The position numbers were made by a program, and so were the translations under genes. Positions 26,845 through 39,200 of a DNA stretch of 64,000 bases are shown here, in pieces. This DNA comes from Dendrobates tinctorius (lineage: Eukaryota): contig NW_027361832.1 in assembly GCF_039654945.1 (NCBI RefSeq), forward strand, positions 20,646,001 through 20,710,000, written 5' to 3'. The first letter of the stretch is position 1. Every line of letters starts with the position of its first letter. The notes below the pieces were generated by a model, which saw nothing but the letters and a program-made list of their open reading frames with translations, searched no databases and was not told the origin of the DNA.

Positions 26845-27141
26845 TAACAGTGAGCTCTACTCACAAGTTAAATTTACCTCCCATTTCTTAAACCCTCAAT
26901 TCACCAACAGGTTTCATTGTATTAGATGCAATGTGATGAGCCGGTTACTTACAGAATAAAAATCAGACTTTTCTTGTACAAACAAGTTCAACAATAAGAA
27001 CAGGTGACACATTCATAAGATCTACTTCACTGTACAAAAAAAAAAAAATGTAAAAAAATATATAAAACCAAGTGAGAAAAAAAATGATGCTAATTTAAGG
27101 CAGATGGAGGTAGACAGAAGTCCAGAAATTAGGGAATAAAC

Positions 27142-27251
27142 CTAATAATTTAGTATCTGCACGTCGAACAGATCGCAGACTCCTTCACTGTCATCTAGGT
27201 TAAAATTGTAGTCATCCCCGGGGGTTGGAGAAAGTCGCAGAAGTGGGAAAA
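27142..27251 (-). CDS. E2F5: E2F5 exon 9 (pocket-protein binding domain and stop)
   Basis: [39 protein letters not shown]. Confidence 0.97.
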
Positions 27252-30200
27252 CTGGTGAGAGAAAAAGAAGATATAGTCACAAGGAATACTGTATGCACTA
27301 GGAACATTAATCAATGTGACAGGACAACACACAGAGGCTGAATACCCCTTGTAAAAGGGAACCTGTCACCAGAAAAAAAAAAAACTATTGACCTGTAGGT
27401 ATGGGGTTATTAACCTGCCGGCACCTGCACTTAGCTGAACGCTGCAGGGAGAAAATGAACTTTCCCCCTTGCTGGCAGCAATCCGTTTTCTGCAAATGTG
27501 ATAATGAATCAGGCCCAGTGTTCCACATACCGCAACACGCAGTGATTCCCTTCTTTTACTGAAAGCGGTTATTGGATGAAAGATTGCTGATTACACTGCC
27601 GGCATTGGTTTTGTCATTTCATATTTTGAATTTACACTCATGCTGCTTTAGTTTTTATTGGATGACTGCTGACTATGGTACTATAATTAGCGTCTTTTAC
27701 TAATGATTAATATTATGTTCAGCTATATGGTAATGTGTGCCTATGACATTTGAGATTCTATATACCAGCTTATTTGGTTGCAACGATAGTTTTGGAAGCA
27801 ATACTCTTTTAAAGATCATTGGAAGAAATATATTTCTTTCCCCTTATGAGTATTCCATGCGCACACTTTGGTTTGATTTCTGTAATTGTGACACTCTGTG
27901 ACAAGTGTCTTAGTGTTTGCAACTGGAACTATTCTTTTGCACTAAAGCGCCACTGTATTTTATCTGCTTTATCAATTTATTTTATATTTTGATAGATTGG
28001 ACATTTCTGAACACATGTATTTTTTAAATTATTTTATTTTTAATGGGGAAAAAAAAGGGGGGGGGGGGGGTTGTTGTTTTTTTTTTTTTAATATGTTTAA
28101 AAACTTAATGAATTTAAAGGGAATCTGTCTCCACATTTGACCTATGTAAACTATTAATATGACCATACAGCTGATAGACTGCTGAGGGGAGTCCTACCTG
28201 TATGTCTCGTATCAGATGCCTTGTGGATAAATCATCTTTTATCACTTTATATAAATGACCTCTTCCAGGCTCTGGGGAGGACGCTGTCTGGAGATTACTC
28301 TGCCCCCAGAGATTATTTTACATGATGGGGGAATTACCAGTGGGAGACAAGTAACCCACATAGAACAGGAGAAATGAACTTTGTCTTCTTACAAATACCT
28401 TATTTGCTTCTCTCTCAGCTCCGCTCTATTGTAACAATACTGCAACCCAGCAGATGTCAGGTATAACCACACACAGCTCTGCAGTGATAGCAGAGAGCGG
28501 CCATTATATCACACTGGTAACTCCCCTTCATGTAATAATCTCTGAGTTATCTTCGGGCAGCGTCCTCCCCAGAGCCTTTTATAGTGATAAAAGATGATTT
28601 ATCCACAAGGCATGAGACATGCAGGTAGGACTCTCCTCAGCAGTCCATCGCCTGTGTGGCCATATTAATAGTTTACCTAGGTCAAAGGGGGAGTGGTGGA
28701 TGAAGTGTCTTCAGTAGACGCCCAGCAGTCATGACAACCTAACGGTGCCCCACGGACCTGTGACGAGCACACCGATGGGTAAGCTTCTGGCCAGCGTGTT
28801 ACATGCCGCTGTCGGTGAGCAACAGCGTAATTTAACTAGTTAACAACCACGGGTGGATTAAATCAGCCATCAAGTGTGGGGAAAGATGCGTCATCAGCAT
28901 GTGAGTCCACATCAAGGGCAGGGACACAGCTGATGACATAAATATACGTCATCAGTCGTGAAGGGGTTAATAGTTACTCTTATGTGCTTACATTAAAATG
29001 CAGATTAATTACGAATTGAGGAAGGAAATACATACCATCAGAAGACATTAGCTCATCAATTAAGTCTCCACTTATCTGACCTAAAATAAAAATAAATTTG
29101 GTCATTTTAGCACACCTACTTCCAGACCGTTAAAAAAAAAAAAAAATTAAAAAATTATAAACTGTATATACTTGTGTATAAGTCGACCCGAGGCACCTAA
29201 ATTTGGCCACGAAAAACTGGGAGAACGTATTCAATCGCATCCCCGTCCTGGTATGCATGTCCCCCCCCCCCCATGAGAAAAGAATAAAGAAAAACCTCAG
29301 CATCTTGATCCGGTGCCATCAGCTCCTGCAGCCGTGCAATCACATGTCCCCGCTCATTAAGGTAATGGATATTCACCTCTCTCCACACTCAGAGGGACAC
29401 ATGATTGCTCGGCCGCAGGAGCTGCTGGCACCAGAACGAGATGCGGCGAGGGAGCGCAGGGAAGGTAAGTAGGAGTTTTTTGTTTTTTTTAACAGCTGCT
29501 GTAAGCTGGCGTCTCCAGCTGTAACTGCGTGCACGCTATAAGAGAAATAAATATTCATTGCCAGTGCAGTTAATATTAAATTTCTTTTTAGCAGCAGGCA
29601 CAGTTACAGCCGCAGCCCCCGGCTCCTGTGACCCGCTGCTCTACCGCTCCCCCTTCTGGGATAATGACTCGTGTATAAGCCGAGGGGGGGGGGGGGGGGG
29701 GGTGTTTTCAGCACAAAAAAAAGTGCTCAAAAACTCGGCTTATACACGAGTATATACGGTATATATATTTTTTTTTATTACAAGCAGAAGGGGGTGGGAG
29801 ATACCCATCTTGACCAATCCCTCAGCACTACTGCCCAGTCACTGGGACTCGCCTCAGCCAGTAATCAATTGAACTGGCCTTTCCAGTCACTGAATGGGAT
29901 GGGTCACCGCTGCAACCTGTCAGCCTGAATAGCATTTCCTACATATCAAGATGGCCCAGGAAACCCAGCGCAGTGAGGACCAAGCAAGCGCTGACCGTGG
30001 TCGGTGAGGAGAGTATCGCCACTTTCAGCCTTATTAAAAATTGATCTCTTTGCAAACTACAAGACAAATCTTTGTGAATGGTAACACACCAGTGACCCCT
30101 TACCTTCTGTATCGTCCAGCTTTGTCATGTCAAATGTGTTGGTCTTGAGGAAATTATTCACATCCAATGGAAGGAAGTCACTGGAGCTGGCAGTGGTTGG

Positions 30201-33200
30201 GGCCAAGTCTGAGAGGGGAGGGTACAGGAAGGAGTCCGGCGGTTCACAGAAGCTGCTCGTAGTTGTGTTCTTGTGCCCATCATCTGAGGAGCAGGAAAAA
30301 AAAAAAAAAAAAAAATCAGGAAGAGCAGAAACACCACACAAAAAAATGTCTCCAGTACCACTGCAAAGGGAAGGGCTCATCATTAGATTATCCACTGTGT
30401 AAATCAGGTTATTGCATCTTTTTGAAAATTACTGTTTGGCAATTTTTTTTTTTTCATATGATCTAAAAAAAACAAACAAAAAAAAACCTCACTGGGGATA
30501 TTCCAGACTCATAGATCATGCTCTTTCACAAACAGTTTTCAGAAGTTTCATTATCATCAGTGGCAAGATTCCACTGACATAACACCGCTATACACAGCTG
30601 ATAACCTTCTATGATTGGTGGATCTGATGTTATGTCACAGCTCCTCTCCCTTCAGTCACCTTTGCACACGCTCATCAGATGCTTTAATACGATAGGCCTG
30701 AATCAATCTATTGCTGCTAATAGACATGTTTCAGGTAATCCACAAGCAGTAAGGGTATGTGCATCCGTCGTGTCTTTCTAGCATAAAAAACACAGCATTT
30801 TACGGTCCTAGAAAAGTGTATGAGATTTCTGAAATCTCATGTATGTTACTTATTTTTTTCTTAAAGACTTGAAGCAGTTCTATATTTGCAGAGCATCAGT
30901 TCTATCAAACACACTTATTAGTGAGGGGAAAAAAAACGTACCTTTTATGCAACATTTTTTCCCGGCACGAGACACTTTTTTATACAGCAATGTTGGCAAA
31001 TACTTAGAGGTATACTCCGGAGAGAAAAAAAAAAAAATGATTTGTACTGTCCCTGACCAGAACCTATAAACTTGAGATGCCAGTGCAGTTTTATCATCTT
31101 TAAAATCCATGTGATTCAGTGTCACAGCAGCTGCTCCTCACTGCTTCCTCCCCACCCATCTAGGACCTTATATCACACAGCAGTATGCAGCTTCCCACTG
31201 CAAATAACAGCCAGCAGAAAGAGCTATTATCAGGAGCCTGGCTGATAACACACCCTGCGTCATCCCCACAGTGTTCCCCTTCCCGTGCAGCCGCAATTCT
31301 CTCTGCCCTGCCATGAACTGAGGTGCGAATGCTAGGGTAAAAGGTCAAAGAGTCCCGGCGCATGCGCACTGCAGTACTTTGCTCTGCCCTCGGCAGTCCA
31401 GGGGGAAGTGCGACTGCGCGGAAGTGCCATGGGGAACACTGTGTGGATGACGGAGGACGTGTCATCCACACGAAGCAAAGAATAAGGACGGCATCGCAAG
31501 AAGAGAGGAGGCACCGGACCAAGACCAAAGATGCCCATCAGACCCAACCGCCCTGTGGGGGAGTATAATAAAAAGGTTATTTTTTGGCCTTAAAGGGCAA
31601 ATTGGTGTCATGTGCAGCATTACAGAATGCTGCCAGATGGATTTGAAATGTTGTGGCCGTAGGTTATAGCAGAAAAACTGGCGACAGGTTCCCTTTAACC
31701 CCTTCACTCTGAAGCCTGTTTTCACCTTTCCGACCAGACCAAATTTTTACAGTTCTGTCACTTTATGTGTTTATAGTTCTGGAACGCTTCAACAAACCCC
31801 ACTGATTCCAAAAATGTTTATTTCGTGCCATATCGCACTTCATGATGGTGGTAACATTTGTTCGACATGACTTGTGTTTACTTGTGGAAAAAAATTTGAA
31901 ATTTGGAAGACATTTAGCAATTTTCAAACTTAATTTTTATGCCCTTGAACCAGAGGGTTATGGCACACAAAATAGTTAACAAATAACATTTTCCACATGT
32001 CTACTTCACATCACCACAATTTTTTAAATAACTTTTCTTTTGTAGGAAGCTAGAAGGGTGAAAAGTTCACCAGCGGTTTTTAATTTTTCCTACAAAATTT
32101 AAGTGACTGAGGGGCTTATGACAGAAAATACCCAAAAGTGACACCATTCTAAAAACTGCACTCCTCATGAAGCTCAAAACCACATTCCAGACATTTATTA
32201 AGCCTTCAGGTGCGTCACAGGAACTAATGGAATGTGGAAATTAAAAAAAAAAGAACATTTAACTTTATTATTTTTCACAAAAAGTTTATACTTTAAACCC
32301 CACTTTTTTTTATTTTCACAATGGTAACAGGAGAATATGGAAGCCAAAAATGTGTTGTGTAATTTCTCCTGAGTACGCCAATACCCCATATGTGGGGGAA
32401 AACTACTGTGACCACAGAAGAAGAAGACAGGAGGAGAGAAGCAGACGCCAAGACTGAGATGTAGCAGAGCCGGATATGCAGACGCCAGGAGGGTAAGTAG
32501 CACTGGGGGAGGGTGAGCCATGCCATATTCACCTGTCCCCGTTCCACCGCTGCACTGTCTCCCGGGTACTCTGGCTGTGATGTTCAGGTCAGAGGGCGTG
32601 ATGACGAGGTTAGTGCACGCCCTCTCCCTGAACAGTCACTGCAGAGAGCCGGCGACGCTGAGGAGCAGTGGGCAATGACGAGAGGGGAGCAAGCCATTTT
32701 TTTTTTTTTTTTAAATCGCAGCAGCAATATATGGGGCATATATTAATATGGAGCATGTTATGGGGCCACCATTAACCTTTCTGCAGCATTATATGAGGCG
32801 TATTTAACCCTTTTCTGACATCAGACGTACTATCCCGTCCATGGGACCCGGACCCCTATGCCCATGGACGGGATAGTACGTCTAGCGCGATCAGCGGCGC
32901 TCACGTGGTGAGCGCCGCTGATCGCGGCCGGGTGTCAACTGATTATCACAGCTGACACCCGGCACAATGTGTCAGGGGCGGTCACGGACCGCCCCCAACA
33001 CGTTAACTCCTTGCACACCGCGATCAAACACGATCGCGGTGTACCGGGGGTTTAAAGAGAAGCATCGGCAGGGAGGGAGCTCCCTCCGTGCTTCCCTGAG
33101 CCCCCCCCACAGCAGCACAATGTGCAGCGCTGCTGCGGGTGGCTCCATACCTGCATGTCCCCGAATCCAAGATGGCGACAGGGCCCTTCGGGGGCCTGCA

Positions 33201-36200
33201 GGGAGCTGGCTTCCTCATGCCTGCAAAGCGCAGGCAAGGAGGAAGCCTTGTGCAGTGCCTGTGACAGATTACTGATCTGTCACAGAGATCTGTGCTGTGA
33301 CAGATCAGCGATCTGTCACATGACAGTAATGTCCCCCCTGGGACAATATAATAAAGTTAAAAAAAAAAGTGTAAAAATAATTTTTAAAAAAATCGCTAAA
33401 TAAATTAAAAATAAATATTCCCTAATAAATTCATTTTTTGGAAATAAAAAAAAACAATAAAAGTACACATATTTGGTATAGCCGCGTCCGTAACGACCCG
33501 CCCTATAAAACTGTCCCATTAGTTAACCCCTTTAGCAAACCCCTTAAAAAATAAAAAACGAAGCAAAAAATAATGATTTATTATCATACCGCCGAACAAA
33601 AGGTGCAATAACGCGCGATCAAAAAGACAGATATAAATATCCATGGTACCGCAGCATCAGCAGCGAAAAAATAAAAAAGTTATAGCTCGCAGAATAAAGC
33701 GATGCAAAAATAATTATTTTTTATATAAAAATTGCATAAAAGCGCCAAAACATAAAAAAAGACAAATGAGGTATCACTGTAACCGTACTGACCCGAAGAA
33801 TAAAACCGCTTTATCAATTTTACCGAACGCTGAATGGTGTAAACGCACCACCCAAAAGAAATTCACGAAACGCTGGTTTTTGTTCATTCTGCGTCCCAAA
33901 AATCGGAATAAAAAGCGATCAAAAGATGTCACATGCCCGAACATGATACCAATAAAAGCATCAACTCGTCCCGCAAAAAATAAGACCTCACATGACTCGG
34001 TGGGTCAAAATACGGAAAAATTATAGCTCTCAATATGTGGTGATGCAAAAGCTATTTTTACAATAAAAAGCGTCTTTTAGCGTCTGACAGCCGCCAAACA
34101 TAAAAACCGCCATAAATAGTAAATCAAACCCCCCGTTATCAACCCCTTAGTTAGGGAAAAATAATAAAATTAAAAGAAAATGTATTTATTTCCATTTTCC
34201 CATTAGGACTAGGGTTAGGGCTAGACTGAGGGCTGAGATTAGGGTAAGGGGTGTGTTGGGGTTAGGGTACCGTGACACATAGCGATGCACCAGCGATCCC
34301 GACAACGATATGGATCGCTGGTGCATCGCTATGTGCTTGCTAGTGAGCTGCCACACAGGCAGATCTCACCAGCGACATCGCAGGGGTCGGGGGTCGCTAC
34401 TTACCTGTCAGACGCGGCGATCCTCACGTCCTCCCGCTCGTGTCCACGCGTCGCTCGTCGTCACAGCAGGAAGCGCCGCAGGAAGCCGACAACGAGAAAT
34501 GATCCAGGACCTTCTCGCGCGATCAGCGATAACCAGCGGGGGAGCCGATCGGAGTTAAGTATCACATGTAGCGATATCGCTAGCAATATCGCTGCTACGT
34601 CACAAAATCGGTGACTTTACAGCGATATTGCTAGCGATATCGCAGTGTGTAATGGGGGCTTTAGGGTTGGAGTCAGAATTGGGGGGTTTCCACTGTTTGG
34701 GCACATCAGGTGCTCTCCAAATGCAACATGGCGTCGGATCTCAATTCCAGCCAATTCTGCGTTGAAAAAGTCAAATGGTGCTCCTTCCCTTCCAAGCTCT
34801 GCCATGCGCCCAAACAGTGTTTTACCCCCACATATAGGGTATCAGCGTACACAGGACAAATTGCACAACAGCTTTTGGGGTCCAATTTCTCCTGTTACCC
34901 TTAGGAAAATAAAAAAATTGGGGGCAAAAATATCATATCATTTTTGTGGAAAAAAATGATTTTTTTATTTTCACGCCCAGGCGTTATAAACTTCTGTGAA
35001 GCACTTGGGGGTTCAAAGTGCTCACCACATAACTAGATAAGTTCCGTGGGGGGTCTAGTTTCCAAAATGGGGTCACTTGTGGGGAGTTTCCACTGTTTAG
35101 GTACATCAGGGGCTCTCCAAACGTGACATGGCGTCCGATCTGAATTCCAGCCAATTTTGCATTGAAAAAGTCAAACGGCGCTCCTTCCCTTCTGAGCTCT
35201 GCCATGCGCCCAAACAGTGGTCCCCCCCCCACATATCAGGTATCAGCGTACTCAGGACAAATTGCACAATAACTTTTCCAGTCCAATTTCTCCTGTTATC
35301 CTTGGTAAAATAAAAAAAAATTGAACCTGAAGTATTTTTTTTGTGAAAAAAAGTTAAATGTTTATTTTTTTTTAAATTTTCAAAAAATTCCTGTGACGCA
35401 CCTGAAGGCTTAATAAACTTCTTGAATGTGATTTTGAGCACCTTAAGGGGTGCAGTTTTTAGAATGGTGTCACTTTTGGGTATTTTCTATCATATAGACC
35501 CCTCAAAGTGGCTTCAAATGTGATGTGGTCCGTAAAAATAAAATGGTGTTGCAAAAATGAGAAATCGCTGGTCAACTTTTAACCCTTATAACTTCCTAAC
35601 AAAAAAAAATGTTGGTTCCAAAATTGTGCTGATGTAAAGTAAACATGTGGAAAATGTTATTTATTAAGTTTTTTGTGTGCCATATCTCTGTGATTTAAGG
35701 GCATAAAAATTCAAATTTGGAAAATTGCAACATTTTCAAAATCTTCGCCAAATTTCCGTTATTTTCACAAATAAACGCAAGTTATTTGAATAAAATTTTA
35801 CATCTAACATGAAGTACAATATGTCACAAGAAAATGTCAGAATCACCGGGATCCATGGAAACGTTTCAGAGTTATTACCTCATAAAGGGACAGTGGTCAG
35901 AATTGTAAAAATTGGCCCGGTCATGAACGTACAAACCACCCTTGGGGGTGAAGGGGTTAAATATGGAGCAACTTATGGGGCCACCATTAACCTTTTTGCA
36001 GCATTACACGGGACATATTAATATGGAGCATCTTATGGGGCCACCATTTTACTTTTATTAGTATCTATTTTTATTTTTGAAATTTACCGAGTAGCTGCTG
36101 TATTTCCCACCCTCGGCTTATACTCGAGTTAATAAGGTTTCCCATTTTTTTGTGACAAAATTAGGGGCCTCGGCTTACAATCGGGTCAGCTTATAATTGA

Positions 36201-39200
36201 GTATATACAGGATGTTGTTTTTTTTTTTTTTAAACGGTTATGGTACTTTCACTTTTTTCCCCACTCTGATCACTTATAAAGCATTGCAATGCACGAGCAT
36301 TACTGTGCTTTATAAACTCTCAGTGCTGCACTGACATACAAGCTTGATACACCATGCTCTGAGTATCACGCAACAAGCTACCTAGCTCTGGTGACCCGGA
36401 TGTAATCATGATGACATCAGGTCACTGGCAACGATAAGGTCCACGTCGCAGGGGTGTCAATTGGAGAGCAGAGGGGCCACCCCCCTCTGCCCGCCTTCTA
36501 AATGCTGTGATTGCTATTGATTGCAGCATTTAGAGGGTCAAACTGCCGGGTGTCAGCTGTCATATCAGCTGAACACCTGGTGGTGGTCACGCGTGCAAAA
36601 TCACCGTGACGCATCCATACTTCCAAGGTCGGTAAGTACCTACCGACCTGAACGCTATACTGCTGCGTGTGCGCACAGACTTCTGAGCACTTTGCAGATT
36701 CAGCAGTAAATCCTCATTAGGACGTCCCTGCACTACAGACCTCTGAATGAGGCATTATTCGCAGAGCAGAGTCAGTGCTCAGAACACAGCAGTGTGATGA
36801 TTATACTGCGGTGCTAACAGTGGAGGTGGGCGCAGATCGGCAGCAGTAGTATTGTACTACCATCGTGCTCAGATTCTTACACGCCAGTAAATAAAAATGG
36901 CAGCCCCTAGCGGCTGCAGAAAAAAGTTAAGCAAATACATGTTAAAACGTGACATTTTGTTTTTAAAATAACTGACTACATTATCAATAATTATTAATAC
37001 AACAATCGTGACACACTCTCTTTAGTAACTTAGTCCCTTTAGTTAGTACGGATATACCCCTGTAGAGGTGACTGCAAGAACACAAACTTCTCTCTGCAAG
37101 AAATGCCACTGTAAATAGAGAATATGGGGGTGATGGCAGCACGACACGAAGGGTCAGGATGTATAGTCATACAAGTACTATTACTAAATAGATAAGATTG
37201 GAACAGATTATTTCCAGCCTAACCCTTTACTAGGACTATACATAAAGTGACTCACTCGTCCGAGATTCCTGCGAATCCTTATTTGGATCCTCCTCCGTCT
37301 GCTGAGGTTTATCCTGTGTGGACGGTTTCAGCGCACCGGTCGAGTCCGCCTGGACCTGCGGCTGTGTAATGTCATCAGGAGGGGGGACAGGGAAAGCCAC
37401 TGGCTTTGAGGCACTGGAATCCTTATTGATCAGCAGAACATTGATGGGCCCAGAACTGCTCTTTAAGCTGATCTGGTATTTTTTCTGTCCACTTTGACCC
37501 TAAAGAAAAAAAACATTTGCATTAGGAAAGATAATGGACAAAAAACAAGACGACAAGACACTGCAGACCTCTAGTAATGCCACACTGTGATAGTGCGGGT
37601 CTGTACCATCACACAGGATTGACCCTTGATTACAGCACTGTGTAATGGCACCCAGCTGTCAGTCTGGTGGGATACCAGTCTCTGCGGCAAGTGTAAGTTC
37701 TGATGGCCACATCTATCTAATGTGTGAGAAGAAGAGGCAGAATGAGCTTTATACTCCACTCCAAGTATAGAACGAGCAGATGATTGACTCTAGATGTAAC
37801 AGAGCCGCCACATTTAAGCACTGGTCCCTGGAATAAATGGAGGCAGCTTTACACGAGAGGAGAGAAACAAGACCATCCATCGCTCTCACAGGACGGGAAC
37901 TGGTAAATTGCATGGTTATAGATTAAAGGGTTGTTCCCAGCTTAAACCTTGGTGGCAGAACCTGAAGACATCTCACCAATGTCTGACAGATGTGGATCCC
38001 ACCCATATCCAAAAGAGGAGTCCAAGGACCTTCTTCCTTGCCTGTTTATGTAGTCAGCCATGTGGAGCTCTACCAAGTCACTTCTATGGGTCGGTCTGAA
38101 GATCGGTACAGGTCCCAGATGAGGGATGCTTATGGCATGTCACATTGAAATAACCCTTTAAGGCTGGGTTCAGATGGCTGTATGAGAATTTGGGTCAGTC
38201 ACGTCTGTAAATTGCGAAAGTGACTGAATCCCGTTGCTTGTCTGCATATCAGACTGGTATACAGTCTGGTCTGGTCTACAAGTCAGACCAAAGTGAAGAA
38301 AAAAGAAGGCCATGTGATATAATGGGTGACAGCACACATCCCTTACAATACGCTCGTCTGAACAAGCTCCAAATTTTAGGAAAAGCTAGATGGACTCTTA
38401 ATGCCCTGCGATCCCCATAATCTTTGGGGGGAAAAATAGCTTGATTTTTCTGCCACAAGAAGAGAAGCGACAAAAGTCAAACATGAGCGAACATCAGTCA
38501 GAACGACATTCTGCCTTATTCAAGGGTGTAAGTGAGGCTCGGGCTTGGTAAGGATGGTGTTTAGTTCAAGGACCAATCTTATTTTTACATCAGAAATCTG
38601 CCAGGAATACATTTATAAACTGAACATTGTGAAAGGAGCACGATCCTATATATTGGCCAAAAGTAAAGGGCATGTCTAAAACTACAAAAACCTACAAAAA
38701 AAAAAAAAAAAAGAAAGTGTTACACCCAGACATAAAAAGGATATACTGTATATACTAGTGTATAAGATGAGATTTTCAGCCCATTTTTTGGGCTGAAAGT
38801 CCCCCTCTCGGCTTATACACGAGTCACATACCTGGGGGGGGGAGTCGGCGGGGGAGGGGGGGGCAGGGGGTGTCAGATCATATTTACCCCCTGGCGCGGT
38901 CTCTGCAGCCCCCCCCCCCGCTTTTCCACGGTCTCCCTTCCTGCCTTCAGCGGTCATGTGGTACTGCTCATTAAACTCATGAATATGCACATATTCATGA
39001 GTGTAATGAGCGGTATCACGTGACCGCTGAAGGCAGGAAGGGAGACCGTGGAGAAGTGGGGCTGCAGCGACCGCGCCAGGAGGGGGTAAGTATAGCGATA
39101 TTCACCTGTCAGGGGTCCATCGCTGCTCACCGCTGTCTGCTGTGTCCTGTGTCAGTGACATTTAGGCAGCAGAGGGCGCGGTGACATGGTTAGGGCGCGT

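Noticed and set aside
29804-29940. Additional E2F5 exon
   Set aside because: Candidate acceptors give in-frame stops in phase 1
34203-34266. Interstitial telomere
   Set aside because: Short degenerate TTAGGG tract internal to a non-autonomous transposon
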